From Paramoeba atlantica (taxonomy: Eukaryota; Protista; Discosea), in the NCBI GenBank assembly GCA_977017575.1, contig CDRNVI010000207.1:1-64000 (forward strand): a DNA stretch of 64,000 nucleotides. Reading direction: 5' to 3'. The position numbers and the translations under genes were made by a program. The first letter of the stretch is position 1; each line of letters starts with the position of its first letter. This document shows, piece after piece, positions 34,441 through 47,489 of the stretch. The notes beneath the pieces are model-generated. The model had not been told where the DNA came from. It made no database searches and worked only from the letters and a program-made list of their open reading frames with translations.

Positions 34441-34761
34441 ATGAAGTTTTAAACTTCAGCTTAGTTCAGTCAGTCTTTATGCTGAACTTTAGAACTTCTG
34501 CAAGTTCAGGCTAGAGGATGCACATCAGAAGAGAGAATAATTCAAAGTTCCTTTCAAGGGAATTTATCCTCAACTTTTTAACAGACAGGGCTGAAATGTA
34601 ATCTGTTCTGATTTTCACACTTCTTCAAGAGCTCCTCACTCCAATCAAATCACTCTACAGCACCAGAAAAATTTTCCATAATATCAAAAAACTGAGATTT
34701 GAACTCACCCCCCCAGGGTTGGACATAATTGAATTTATGACTAAACTACAGGTGCTAACCC
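34441..34761 (-). mobile_element. SINE family A, lacking 3' tail
   Basis: Head and body match other copies; ends before the AATAAA/poly(A). Confidence 0.85.
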
Positions 34762-34889
34762 ATTCTCTTCTTTTTGAATTGGCTATTTTTCCACCAATTG
34801 CACAGGAGCTTTGTGCTTCTTGTGAATTGCAACAAAACAATAAAGTTGATTTTGGTGCTTCAAATTTAGCATACTTATCTGAGTTGTAC

Positions 34890-36500
34890 TTTTATAGTCT
34901 TGACTTTCTTGTTATTAGCCAAGATTCCATCCTTTGTTGCTGTATACCTGTTGGGGTGAGACCTGCTTCCAACATGGAAGTTGTGCCTTTTAGTGCCTTT
35001 TCAGTTCCTTGAGCCTCCCTGAGCCTTCCCTGAGCTTCCTTGATGCCTTTTATCATGAGTTTTGGTCCTTTCAGAGAGCCCTGAACCTCACAGACAGCTG
35101 TGTGCCATTTTATCATAATTTTAGCCAAAATCACAAGATTTTTAGTACTCTTTTTATTCAGTTTTCATGTTCGCATTTTTTGCCCCCTTTTTCTTGCCAC
35201 TTTGCTGCCTTCTGCTTTCTTTCTGCTTTCTTGTTGCTCTCTCTCTCTCTCTCTTTGCTTTCCTTTGTGATTTTTTGGCTTGCTTTGCTTGCTTTCTGTT
35301 CTCTTCTTTTGTTGTCATCATCTTTTGTTGCTTTCTTCCTTCTTTGGTTGCTGTGTAGACTTGAGATTCCAATTTGAGTTGAGTTTCAGCAATTCTGTGC
35401 TTTTCTCAGTTGTGATTCCTTTTGTTGTTCTTCTTTTTGCTTTTCTGTTTCTTTGTTGTTGTTTTCTTGTTCTGTTTGTGTTGGCTGGGGATCTTTCCCA
35501 TAAAGATTTTGATCCAGAGTTTCTGTTTCTCTTTCTTTTCTCTTGTTTTCTCTGTTGATCCTGCTTCCCTCCTCACATACCCAAGTAATGTGAAAGATCT
35601 TTAATAAAGCTTCACCTTGTTCAGATTAATTCACAACTTGTTTTTCTTTAATCTATCCAGTATTTTTTCTAGTGATTGAACATGTTCCTCAAAGGTTTCT
35701 GAGAAAATAACTATATCATCAACATAGTTGACACATTTTTGCCACTGTAAACCAGCAAATATTGTATCCATGAAATGCTGCTGTGTTGCTGGAGCATTTG
35801 TTAATTCAAACAATATTGAATTCCATTCCCACAGCTCTGTGAAGCAAAAGCCATTTTTTCCTTATCCTCCTCCTGAATTGGAATTAACTAAAATACTTTA
35901 ATTATATTCAATGTTGAGAAGTATGAAGATCCACCCAGGTATGATAACACATCATTAATTTTTGGTATTGGATAACTTCATTTCTTAATCTTTTCATTTA
36001 ATTCTCTGTAATTCACATAGAATTGAACTTTACCATTTGCCTTTGCCACCAATATAATTGGACTTGCATATGGTGAATTTGATGGTTGGATGACTCTTCT
36101 CTTAGCCATTTCTTGAATTTGTTTTTCTTTAATTGTTCTTTTAACCATGTCTTTTATTCAATAAGTACATCTAAAAGGCTTTTGGTTTTTGTTATTGAGT
36201 TCAATTCTAAACTTAGTTGCATTTGTGTGCATAATTGAAGCATCATTAAGTATGTTCCACATTTCTTTGTATTTAACAAAGAGTTTACAGAGTTGAATTG
36301 TCTGATCAAGATTGAGGTTACTAAAGGTAAGATTAGTTTTCTTTGCAAACTCCTTATATTTCTCTAAAATCATTTTTTCAGCTTCTTCCAGATTTTTCTG
36401 ATTATCTCTCAACAGAATATTTGCTAAAGAGCATTGTATACAAAACACTATTTCCCTTGAGCTGATTTCCTTGATTGCACATGTGTTTTGCCATTCCATA
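34890..36500 (-). mobile_element. Decayed Ty3/gypsy RT, interrupted by a solo LTR
   Basis: PSNSPYASPIILV, ELTNAPATQQ, NYVDDIVIFS..FEEH. The frame SFTLLGY|TATKDGI rejoins across the LTR. Confidence 0.85.
34949..35577 (+). mobile_element. Solo LTR of the chromovirus family at 47.5-58.2 kb
   Basis: TG...CA, 629 bp, 4-bp TSD TACC; reverse complement of 57579-58202. Confidence 0.92.
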
Positions 36501-37245
36501 GCAGTTCTCTTGAGGCTGTAGTTCTGGATTGACCAATTTGTCTTTATACATTCCTTTGTCTAACTTCTTTTAGTGAAGTTTTTTTAATAATTGTTCAAAA
36601 TATTCACCAACTGGTCTTTTGTTAAGAGGTTTTGCAATGGTTTGTTCTGTATTCTCCTCTGTAACATAAGTATATTTTGCAACTGTTGACCCTTTTTCAA
36701 ATGATCAGAATCCTGGTGTGAACTGATTTCATGCTGTGCAAATTAATTTGTTTCTCTTTGTACACCACTGTGCTCCCCTGTTGTGTGAATATCCCTGATG
36801 AACATTTATAAGACTGTACAAACTGTTCTGATTCTGCATGTATTCTTGTTTCTCTCATCTGAGCTCTTCTCACCCAGTTCTCACTCTGAATTCAAGTTGT
36901 TTCCTTAATATTTTTTCTCTGTTTTATATTATCTTTACATCAATTAATCCTGTGTTCTGTAACATTTATCTGTGATTTAATTTCTCTGCTGTGTTCTTTT
37001 TCTTGTGTGTTTTTGTCTTTCATTTTGTTTTGCTTCTTGTCAATTCCACACTTGTTATATTTGTTGTTCCATATGAATACTCTTTTTGTTTGTTGGTAAA
37101 AGGAATAAACTTACTTGGTTGGTTTCCTTTGTGATATACCACCAATCTTTCCCATGATTTGCTCTTGACTTTTCTCTTTTTTTCTTTTTCCTTTCCTTCA
37201 CCTGTCCACTCTTTCTTTCCCCAAACTCCTGGCCACTTCACAAAT
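36500..37245 (+). mobile_element. LINE 3' fragment (ORF2 C-terminus plus 3' UTR)
   Basis: 36715-37245 is homologous to the reverse complement of 62105-62690, which follows the RT C-terminal region in that copy. Confidence 0.6.
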
Positions 37246-39927
37246 TAAGAGTTTAGACTTCCAGCCTGAGTTTTGAGAAAGTTTGTTTGTTGTTCTATGA
37301 ACTGAGCACCAAAATTGGAAACCATTTTTCAATTCTTGTTCTTTGTTTCAAACCAAGGAAATCAAGTTCTTTTGGTTTTGTTTTGAATGAAGAAATTCTT
37401 CTCAGAAAATTTCTTTGCACCTCTGATCCTTGTTTCCATATTTCTACACCTTAAGCCTGTTTGTTTTATTTTTAATTTCTTGTTTTTGTACTTTTAGATC
37501 AAAACTTTGTTCTTCATTGTCTCACTTTGCCCTTTACATTTTGTTCATTGCTCTCAATGATCATTCTATTGTTTGTTCATCTTGTTGAATCTCTTGGTAT
37601 GTTTATTTGTTGGTTTTGCTCCTGTCTTGAGATGTTTTTGATAATTCCTCATTTTATAAAGTGCATACCTTGTCTGTTTATTGTGTTTATGATATATTTA
37701 CAGAATTTTTGATTCTTCTTTTGTGGAATGTTTTTTCTGTTTGGATTTTATGTTTTGAACAATAATTTTTGTTTGTTATTTTTGGTTTTATGGCTGCAAT
37801 TAAGCTTCCCATTTTGGTTTTTGGATCTTTCTTGTAGATGATCCTGATTATTGATTTTTTGACACTCTTGGTGTGGATGATTAACATCTTTTTGTTTGTT
37901 TTTGTGATACAGAGCTGGTTATTCTCTTTTATCCCTCTTCTTTTGATTTATGTAGACACACCATCTTTTTTATCTTCAATGATCCTATTATCACTTATTT
38001 TCCCCTCTTCTATTAGCCCTGACAAGACACCAACTTTTTAGCTTTTAGCTTATGATTTTATACTGGTGTGCACTGTTTTGAATTATATTTCTGGCAGCCA
38101 TCTTTGACCTAGCACATGGTTTTTTGATAAGCACAGTTCTGATCACACCTATTTTTGTTTTTCTCCTTATGTCATGGAAAATTCATGTTATTTTTTTTGT
38201 TTCTTGAAGTTATTTTTGTATTTGTTAATGTCTTTCTTTACCTGTCATAACACTCTGTTTTGACTCTATTTTCATTTTGTCTAACTGTTTTTTTGATTCT
38301 ATTCCTGTTTTATAGATTTTCTCTGCCTTTGATTCACTCAAGATGATTTTTTGTTGATTTCCATACTTTATTTTTGTTAGTAAATCAATTCAGTCCTCTT
38401 GCTCATTGTTTATTTTGGTTATTTGTCTTTAGCTATACTTTCAAAATAGCATATTGTTTGAAATTAACATTTTGAATAACTTTAATTTACACAGCACTGT
38501 TTCCTTATATCATTTTGACTTGAGTTTTGTTTGTTAACATTTCTCAATACCTTTTCATGTTCCTCAATTTCTTTTTTGTGTTGGATATTGTGATTGTTGA
38601 TTTTATTTGAAAATTTTTGTGATTTCTTCTGTTATTTTAATTGATCTTTGTTGATGTTCACCTTATACTTACAAACTGCATTTTGATGATTATTTTATTG
38701 TTGATTTTGAGTTGAATCCTAATCAAACTTTTTCTCTTGATTCAATGAATGTTTGTTATCTTTTGTATTGATTAAATGATGGTTGTGTAGTTTTAATACT
38801 CATTTCTATTTCATTTTGGATTTATGAATTTGTATTTTCGGATTTTTTGTTCCTCAACTGCCACTTCTGATTGTGAATTTTATGATTGTGAATTTGCCTA
38901 ATTGGATTTATTCTTATACTTAATAATTTCTCATTTTGTTTTATTTCCTTGAAGCTTGATTGGATTTTTCCCCCTGTCTTAATGATGTTCTTAAAAATTC
39001 CTGATATTTTTAAAGTAATTCTGAATTGAATTTGTACTTCTTAAATCTGAATGTACTTTATTGTTAACCTTTTTAGATTTTTTGTTTTGTTATCTCAAAT
39101 TCCCTGCCTGTGAATTTGAACTTTTATTTCTGATTGAATTTATCCTTGTGTTGATTTTATTGAAGAAATAATTGATTCCATCTCCTTATTTTTCTTGTAA
39201 CAATGTCATTCTGAATTTGTTATTCTTGGATTGATGTCTTGGGATGATTTTTCTTATTTTTTTATTTTTAGTTGATGATGGAAATTCTCTTAATTTCTTT
39301 TCTTGCTTTGAAATTGTCAGATTTTTTCCTTCCTCTTATCTTTTGTAATTTCAATTCTAAACTTTATTTTCACTTGAATTCCTCTTTTAGATATTCCTAC
39401 TTGAATTTTGAAACCCATTTTAGTGTTGAAAGGGTGTTCCATTAAAAAATTGTTTTTATATTATTTCAGATGTACCACCCCTAAAGCTGTTTTGATTTTG
39501 GTTACTGCACTTTCCCTCAAGTTTTGACCTTTTTAATTTGATATATTTGTTTTAAAGTTGATTTGATAATACTTCTCTCTTGTCATTGATACTCTCTGTT
39601 CTAAGTTTCTTTTCTCTTTGAGAAATCTTAATTTATATTTTCCTCTGTTATAGTTTTATGTTTTTGTTTATTCTCTGGTAATGATGCTGATTCTTGAATT
39701 TGATTTGTAATGGCTTTATTTTCAATAAGTTCCATTGAACATCTTGCACCATTTACATTCTATTCTAATTATTGGTTGATTTATTGGAATTAAATTTTTT
39801 CTTGATCTTTAATAAGTTGATTTTGGATTTCCTCTATTGATTTGATTTTGCGATTTGATGGTTAATACATCTCTTTTCTCAAATTTCAATGCAATTGTAA
39901 CATTTGTTGATTTGATCAACATTTATC

Positions 39928-40357
39928 TTTTTTTTTTTTTTTTTTTTTTTTTTGAGACAAATTTTATTCAATTAGTAGTTCTTAATCTAAACCATTTAAA
40001 TTACATTAAATTATATTTGTTTTTCTTCTAACAAGAAGTGAAGTTTTAAACTTCAACTTAGTTCAGTTAGTCTTTATGTTGAACTTTAAAACTTCTACAA
40101 GTTCAGGCTGGAGAATGCACATCAGAAGGGAAAATAATCTAAAGTTCTTTCCAAAAGAATTTATTCTCAACTTTTTAGCAAACAGGGCTGAGATGTAACT
40201 TGTTCCAATTTTCACACTTCTTCAAGAGCTCCTCACTCCAATCAAATTACTTTACAGCACCAGAAAAATTTTCTATAATATCAAAAAACTGGGATTTGAA
40301 CTTGCCCCCCCAGGGTTGGATATAGTTGAATTTATAACTAAACTACAAGCACCAACC
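39928..40357 (-). mobile_element. SINE family A, full length
   Basis: 17-bp TSD ATCAACATTTATCTTTT; the empty site is present in the second LINE copy at about 63670. Confidence 0.93.
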
Positions 40358-41099
40358 AATCAACATTTATCTTTTGTGTAATAATATATTTGTTTTTACA
40401 TACATGATGTGCAATTTATTTTTGAAAATTCATCTCCTGAACTTTGGAAATGTATATCTGAAATGCTTTGCCTCTGAACCATGTTTTCAGTACTATTTTG
40501 AATGATTTTTTTTGTTTTTTTTTGTTGCTGTTGTTCTATTCCTGTTGCTCTCTGTCCAATGTTCTTCTCACCTATTCCCAATCATCTCTGAAGCTTGTGA
40601 CACTTTGATAATTTTTGTTGAACTTTTGATTTCTTTATTTTTATTGAAATTATTTTGATTTTCTACTCTCAATCTCACTGGTTCATCTTATAATGACTTG
40701 TTTTGCTTTTTTTTGAAAAATTTTCTTTTCAACATCTTCAACACCTTCCTCTCTCAATGATGAGTAAAAGTAGCATATCCAGAGAAACTATATAATAATG
40801 ATTTCTGTTAAACACTTATTCTTTTTTCCTTCCAATCTTCACTCAATAATAAGTGAACATAGCATTTCTGAGGATTCAATGCACCACCTGTATCTCCAGT
40901 AGTGAACACAAATTCCTCTCTTCCTATTTCCTGCTATTTTTTGTTGGATCAACTTCTCTTTCCCTGAGTTGTATTATTTTTGAATTTCTGAATTGAATTC
41001 TCTTGTCTTGTTCTCTATGTCCATACCTTAAATTCTTTGATTATCTCTTGTGCTCTTGTATCAATCTCTCTTTTGCTTCAAAGTAATATGTTTTAAATT

Positions 41100-41423
41100 A
41101 TTGTAGCATGATGGCTTAGTTGGTAAAACAGTTATTGCTTCAATTCAGGGTTGCAGGTTCAAATCCTAAAAAGGAAAATATTAAAAATATTATTTTTTCT
41201 TCTTGCTCACTTGAATGTGAAAAACAGAATAGGTTATCCTCTGCCTTGTCTGCTAAAAAGCAAAAAATAAATTCCTTGAGAAGAAATTTAAGTGAATTAA
41301 AGGTCTTTGGACCATTTGAACCTAAAGAGATGAAACTCTATCCTTATTATCTTTACTCTTAAAAAATTAGTAGCTTTGAGTTAGACTATCACCTAATAAA
41401 GTCCAGTGTTAAAAAGAAAAAAA
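41100..41423 (+). mobile_element. SINE family B, full length (tRNA-derived head)
   Basis: A-box TGGCTTAGTTGG, B-box GGTTCAAATCC, AATAAA plus A-rich tail; degenerate 16-bp TSD; empty site at about 62945. Confidence 0.9.
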
Positions 41424-41697
41424 TATATTTTGGATTATTAATTGCTTCTGCACCAATTCTTTATATTTTTCCATTCTGTTTTACTGATATTTGTTTCTGT
41501 GATTTTATGATTTATTTTGATTTTCTTGATGACTTGATATTGGTTCAATGATGAATCTCTATCTGTTCACCTTATCTTGATTTGCTGTGCTAAATGTAAA
41601 TCTCACTTGCTTAAGGCATGAGATTTCCTTCACATACTCATCTGTATCTGGAATAGATTTGCCTTCAGTTTGATTTTAACTGTTGTAAATTGTGGTA

Positions 41698-42021
41698 TTT
41701 TTTTCTTTTTAATATTAGACTTTATTAGATAATAGTTTAACTCAAAGCTACTAATTTTTTAAGGTTAAAAATAACAAGGATAGAATTTCACCTCTTTAAA
41801 TTCAAATGATTCAAAGACCTTTAATTCACTTAAATTTCTTCTCAAAAAATTTATTCTCTGCTTTTTAGCAGACAGGGCAGAGAATAATCTGTTTTGTTTT
41901 TCACATTCAAGTGAGTAGGAAAAGAAAATAATATTTTTAATATTTTCCTCTTTGGGATTTGAACCTGCAACCCCAAATTGAAACAATAGCTGTTTTACCA
42001 ACTAAGCCATTATACTACAAT
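41698..42021 (-). mobile_element. SINE family B
   Basis: Full-length reverse-complement match to 41100-41423. Confidence 0.88.
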
Positions 42022-42127
42022 TTACTACAATATTTACTTAAAAAAATTCATATAGAAACCACTAATATATAATAATTTGAGTATTTAATATAACCTGGGC
42101 AAAATGCTGCATTGTAATTACAATAAT

Positions 42128-42452
42128 TAATTGTAGTATAATGGCTTAGTTGGTAAAACAGCTATTACTTCAATTTAAGGTTGTAGATTCAAATTCCAAA
42201 AAGGAAAATATTAAAAACATTATTTTCTCTTCTTGCTCACTTGAATGTGAAAAACAAAATAAATTATTCTCTGCCCTGTCTGCTCAAAAGCAAAGAATAA
42301 ATTCCCTGAGAAGGAGTTTAAGTGAATTAAAGATCTTTGAACCATTTGAACCTAAAGAAGTGAAACTTTATCCTTGTTATTTTTAACCTTAAAAAATTAG
42401 TGGCTTTGGGTTAGGTTATCACCTAATAAAGTCCAGTGTTAAAAAGAAAAAA
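42128..42452 (+). mobile_element. SINE family B
   Basis: Full-length match including boxes and tail. Confidence 0.88.
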
Positions 42453-42469
42453 CCTTGACTATTGAGATT

Positions 42470-43760
42470 GATCTTAGATTCAATTTTGTTTGTGTAGTTG
42501 TTTTTAATTCTCTAATCTTTCCAGAATTGGGAAAAAGTGCTTGAACATATGCCCCATTTCAACCTCTGATTACTGGATATTTAATTATCTCATTATTTAT
42601 TAATTGTTAGAATTTAATGTGTCTTTTATTAAAGTTAAGAACAGCACTGACTTTTGACAAAAATAGAGTTTTAAAGATGATATCTGATGAAAAATCATCA
42701 AGTACAACAAATCAGTGCTTTTTTCTTCCCCCAGAGATGTCAATCTCCAGGAAAACTTCCTCAGTTGACAATACTGATGATTTGTTGGCTAAGAAGATGT
42801 AATTTCCTCTGTAAGATCTCTGAAGTTTAGGAATTGCTTTGTTTAGAAATGTTCTTATCCTGCAAACTCTAGAATTACATAGTGTTTGTGTATTGATATT
42901 ATTAACCATACAAGGAATAGTGAATAATTTATCTTTTATTTGGCAAATTTCAGGATTTAAGTCTCTAACTAAGTTACCAATAGAGATTGTGAAGTCTTTT
43001 TCACCCATTTTGACCATTACTTTATAATCCTGTTGTCCAATATTATGAGTAAATTTCTTTTTACTTTTAGAAAAAATTGACAAACCATTTCCTTGATTTT
43101 TGAGCTCATCCAAAGTCACTTTTCCAGTCACCAAATCTTGAAAAGTATTCTCCAATTTTCTTCTCTTTTCTTTTTCCTTCTCTTGAGGGACTTTTCTTCC
43201 TCTTTTCCCTAGAAGTTTCTTATTCCAGTCAATAAATTTTATACAATTGTATTTTCAAGCTGCAAACTCACCATAACAAGTCACAAATGATCTTCCACAA
43301 GTTCAATTTTTCTTTTTGTTATGAATTTCACAACACTTAACCAAAGACACTCCAAGCTTTTATAGTCACATCTTCCATGAAAAAGATAGTATTTCCTTCC
43401 AGAGTGGTTAACAACTTTCTGTTTCAATTCATTTAAAATGAAACATTTTTTAGGGAAATAACTACTCTGACAAAGGAAGCAGGTAATAGATCTTTCTTAA
43501 CCCCTCCCCAGCCTTTCCTTTGTTCTTTGGTATTCATTTGTTTTCCTCACAGACAATTTATTCAAGCCCTGAGGATTCACTACAACTTGGGTGAACTCAA
43601 TATCTTCTAAGAAATTTTGAATCAGTTTATTTCAGACTTCTTCTTTCTCAGCCAACTTATTCCACTTTCTTTAAAAGGCTGGGTTCTCAAACTTTCTTCC
43701 AAAATTCCTTAACCAGTTTATTCAATATAGTATCTTTTGCCTTCAAAAAGAGATGAAAAA
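42470..43760 (-). mobile_element. Decayed Ty3 gag-protease remnant
   Basis: FTIPCMVNNINTQTLCNSR (from ..LCDSG) and FVVLDDFSSDIIFKTLFLSKVSAVLNF are retropepsin motifs with G-to-A changes. Confidence 0.6.
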
Positions 43761-43786
43761 ACTCAGAGGTGACAAGTTGAAAATTG

Positions 43787-43931
43787 TTTTCTTTTTAACA
43801 CTAGACTTTATTAAATAATAGCCTAACCCATCATACCACTAATTTTTTAAGGTTAAAAATAATGAGGATAGAGTTTCACTTCTTTAGGTTCAAATGGTTC
43901 AAAGACCTTTAATTCACTTAAACTTCTTCTT
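43787..43931 (-). mobile_element. SINE family B, 5'-truncated
   Basis: 3' about 140 bp with tail. Confidence 0.8.
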
Positions 43932-44023
43932 AGTTAAAAAAAACCCTTTGAAAACATCTAAAAGACTAAAGAATTCATTTGATTCAATACCTCAATCAAA
44001 GCCAAGTATTTCATTTAAACACA

Positions 44024-44349
44024 TAATTGTGGTATGATGGCTTAGTTGGTAAAACAGCTATTACTTCAATTTGGGGTTGCAGGTTCAAGTCCCAAAGAGG
44101 AAAATATTAAAAATATTATTTTTTCTTCCTGCTCACTTGAATGTAAAAAACAAAATAGATTATTCTTTGCCCTGTCTGCTAAAAAGCAGAGAATAAATTC
44201 CCTGAGAAGGAGTTTAAGTGAATTAAAAGTCTTTAAATCATTTGAACCTAAAGAGGTGAAACTCTATCCTTGTTATCTTTAACCTAAAAAAATTAGTGAT
44301 TTTGAGTTAAGCCATCACCTAATAAAGTCCAGTGTTAAAAAGAAAAAAA
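44024..44349 (+). mobile_element. SINE family B
   Basis: Full length; 19-bp TSD AAGTATT(T/C)CATTT(A/G)AACAC. Confidence 0.9.
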
Positions 44350-45700
44350 GTATTCCATTTGAACACCAACCTGACTATACCACCTCTTTGTTAAGTGCCC
44401 CTTCTGTAGGATGAACCATCTTGCGAGCCTTACTTGTACTGCAGAGATCATCTAGAAACAAAGAGAAGATGCCATTAGCAAGCTTTTTGAAGAAGAGCAA
44501 CAAAGCTCTAGTCTTGAGAAAGATCAAATTGTAATCACAAACACAAAGAAGTATGAAAAAATGAAATTTATTTCCAAAAAAGAAATGCCAACTGATGAAC
44601 AGGTCTCTAAGGAAAAAAATGAAATTGCTGAAACAGAGAGTGAGGAGGAAGGAATGAGCAATAGCTTTGAAATGCAAGGTAAGAATGAACAAGAAAAGAG
44701 GGGAGTGAACAAACAGAAAAAAAAGAATAAAGATGGTGATAGAGATATAATTATGATTGAAGGGAGAAAGGCTGATAGTGAGGAAAAAAACAAGGAGAAA
44801 GGAAAGAATGATGGATCAGAGGGTTGGTGCCTGTAGTTTAGTCGTAAATTCAACTATGTCCAACCCCGGGGGGGTGAGTTCAAATTTCAGTTTTTCGATA
44901 TTATAGAAAATTTTTCTGGTGCTGTAGAGTGATTTGATTGGAGTGAGGAGCTCTTGAAGAAGTGTAAAAATTGGAACAGGTTACATCTCAGCCCTGTCTG
45001 CTAAAAAGTTGAGGATAAATTCCCTTGAAAGGAGCTTTGGATTATTCTCCCTTTTGATGTGCATCCTCCAGCCTGAACTTGCAGAAGTTCTAAAGTTCAG
45101 CATAAAGACCAACTGAACTAAGCTGAAGTTTAAAACTTCACCTCTCATTAGAGGTTAAAAACAAATATAATTTAATGTAATTCAAATGGCTTAGATTAAG
45201 AACTACTAATTGAATAAAGTTTGCTTCAAAAAGAAAAAAAAGAATGATGAATCAGTTACAGTGAAAATCCCTTTGGAAGGAGGAATGATTGAAGAAATGA
45301 GTTTTGGTATAAGTGAGAAAGCTTAAGTATGGCTGGAGGATCTCTCAACCAAATTCAGGTGGAAGTAAGGAATGAAAGAATTCAAAAAAAAAGTTACAAA
45401 CTTTGAAAATAGGGAATATGAATTACTAAATGAAAAGCTTCAACAAGTTTTGATTGAAGTGGTTAAATTTATCACTTCAAACACCTTTAGATTCAAGAAG
45501 AGACTGTAACAATTATCAGCTGAAGAAACAAGGAAAATAATCAATAAAGATAAGAAAAAAGTGAGGCAAAGCAAAAAGAAATTGAAAGACATCACAGACA
45601 AAATGTTGGAGGCCAAAAAATCAAATGCAATTTCCAAAACCATTCCTGTGGGGAAGGAAAAAAGTGGTGGGGTGAGAATTTCCCTTCCCCTTCTTCCTCC
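44350..45700 (+). pseudogene. Decayed ORF with zinc-knuckle-like motif (probably transposon-derived)
   Basis: CPFCRMNHLASLTC followed by E/K-rich sequence; interrupted by SINE A. Confidence 0.3.
44822..45241 (+). mobile_element. SINE family A, full length
   Basis: 16-bp TSD AAGAATGATG(G/A)ATCAG; boxes and tail present. Confidence 0.92.
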
Positions 45701-45731
45701 ACTGGTGTCCCTTCTCTTTCTCCTTCCACTG

Positions 45732-46045
45732 GTTTTTTCTTTTTAACACTGGACTTTATTAGATGATAGCCTAACCCAAAGCCATTAATTTTTTAAGGTT
45801 AAAGATAACAAGGATAGAATTTTACCTCTTTAGGTTCAAATGGTCCAAAGACCTTTAATTCACTTAAACTCCTTCTCAGGGAATTTATTCTCTGCTTTTT
45901 AGTAAATAGGGCAGAAGATAATCTGTTCTGTTTTTTATATTCAAGTGAGCAGGAAGAGAAAATAATATTTTTAATATTTTCCTCTTTGAGATTTGAACCT
46001 GCAACCCTGAACTGTTTTACCAACTAAGCCATCATGCTACAATTA
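45732..46045 (-). mobile_element. SINE family B (small internal deletion in head)
   Basis: Reverse-complement match; no clear TSD. Confidence 0.88.
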
Positions 46046-47345
46046 TGCTTTGGCATTTCCTTTCCTTGCTGAAACTCCTTTGAGGCTTTTTGGTTGGTTG
46101 ATTTTTGCCAAGGAAGATGATGGTCAGTGTTCAAGGCCTTGATAAAGAGATAACCAGAACTTGGAAAAAGAGAATTCACTCTGTTCAATTGAATCTTTTC
46201 TTTAATCAACAGTGTTGAGTAAACAAGTTCAAAAACATTTCTTGGATTGAATGGTTTGAAGAGGTTCAACTTCTCTAAAATCACTTGGTTGGTTGCAGGG
46301 AAATCATTTTCTTGAATAAAAACAAAAACTTCATTCAACAATGAATTGAAGAATTCTTTCTTACTTAGAACTAGCAAATAATTCTTTAAAAGTAGAAGTG
46401 GGCACTAAGTTAGTGATGTTGATGGATCCTATGGTTCATCATAAGAATTAGAATGGAATTGTTGAACATGGTCAAGTGTTGGTATGTTTGAAATCATTAG
46501 CTCAAAAGTTAGTGGATTGGTGTTTAATTGTAATTGTTTCATTTTTGTTGAAGAAGAATGAAGTATTAATTAATTGGAAACAAGTTTTTCAGGTTGTAAG
46601 GATTGGTTAATTTCAGTTGATGAAAGAGATTATTGAAGTTCTAGTGATTAGGGAAGTGGAAAACTTTGTGAAAATGAGGTTGTTGGTAATGAGTGATTAG
46701 TTTTCTTATTTGTGTTGGTTTTTTTTTGCTTTTTTTCATTTGGAAGGGAATTGAAAATGTAATCTTCTGAATGGTTGTATCATGTGGAACACAGGAAGGG
46801 TTTTGAAGTTTGTTTCTTATTATTTTGAGGATGTGTAGTTTGAGGTCACTTGAGAATCATTGAGGGAAGGAGAAAAAAGAAGAAGAAAAAAAAAAGAGAA
46901 AAAAAAAAGAATAAAAAGAAAGAATAAAAAGAAAGAAAAAAAAAGAAAAAAAAAAGGGAAAAAAAACAAAAGAAAAAAAAAAAAAAAAAGAAAAACAAAA
47001 TGATCAAACAGAAACACAATCTTCTCTTCACACACTTTCCAAGACACTAAACTCTTATTTGTTTTTACAAGTTCTCATACAGTTGAAAAACAAAAACAAT
47101 CAAATAATAAAGGTGAAGGAGGAGAGAGAGAGGAGAATAACTATTCTTAGATGGCTCTGAAAAATGAACAGGAAGAAACAATAATATCAAGAGTTTTTTG
47201 GTGATAATGTCCATAAAGAAGAAAAGAAAAAATCATGGATAATTGGTTGACAGAGCAAGAATTCCATTTTTAATCTCCTTCTTTTTTTTTTTATGATTGA
47301 ATTCATTTTTTTCTTTTGAGATTGAATCTAGCAAGCATTTTGAAA
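46045..47345 (-). repeat. Decayed dispersed repeat / gene fragment
   Basis: 46045-46440 matches 59055-59460, 46445-46870 matches 58600-59030, 46870-47345 matches 27060-27550. Confidence 0.8.
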
Positions 47346-47489
47346 AAAAAAGCATAACAAGATTGCAATTCTTGAAATCAATATCCCAAACCAGTCACAT
47401 AGTCAAAACAATCTTCGAAATTGATTAATAGCAAAGACAACCAAATCTCAAACAACAAAAGAAAGAAAACAATTCAATAAAGAGAAGTA

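Larger units (their letters stand above)
37250..41690 (+). mobile_element. Heavily mutated APE-type LINE with SINE A and SINE B nested inside
   Basis: APE motifs VLNYISGS (from LDY) ...SSDH at about 38075-38150; KGVP at about 39430; RT C-terminal region homologous to 62770-63720 (RFDQHL...SSPEFW); very many C-to-T and G-to-A stops. Confidence 0.65.

Noticed and set aside
36500-41690. Swapped segment order versus 62-64 kb as DIRS or Penelope terminal repeats
   Set aside because: APE motifs and RT orientation fit a LINE 3' fragment followed by a second LINE; no tyrosine recombinase or GIY-YIG was seen.
41120-46023. Repeated 74-80 aa ORFs (MVKQLLLQF...) as a small-protein family
   Set aside because: They are incidental frames through SINE B copies, starting at GTG/TTG-type codons.
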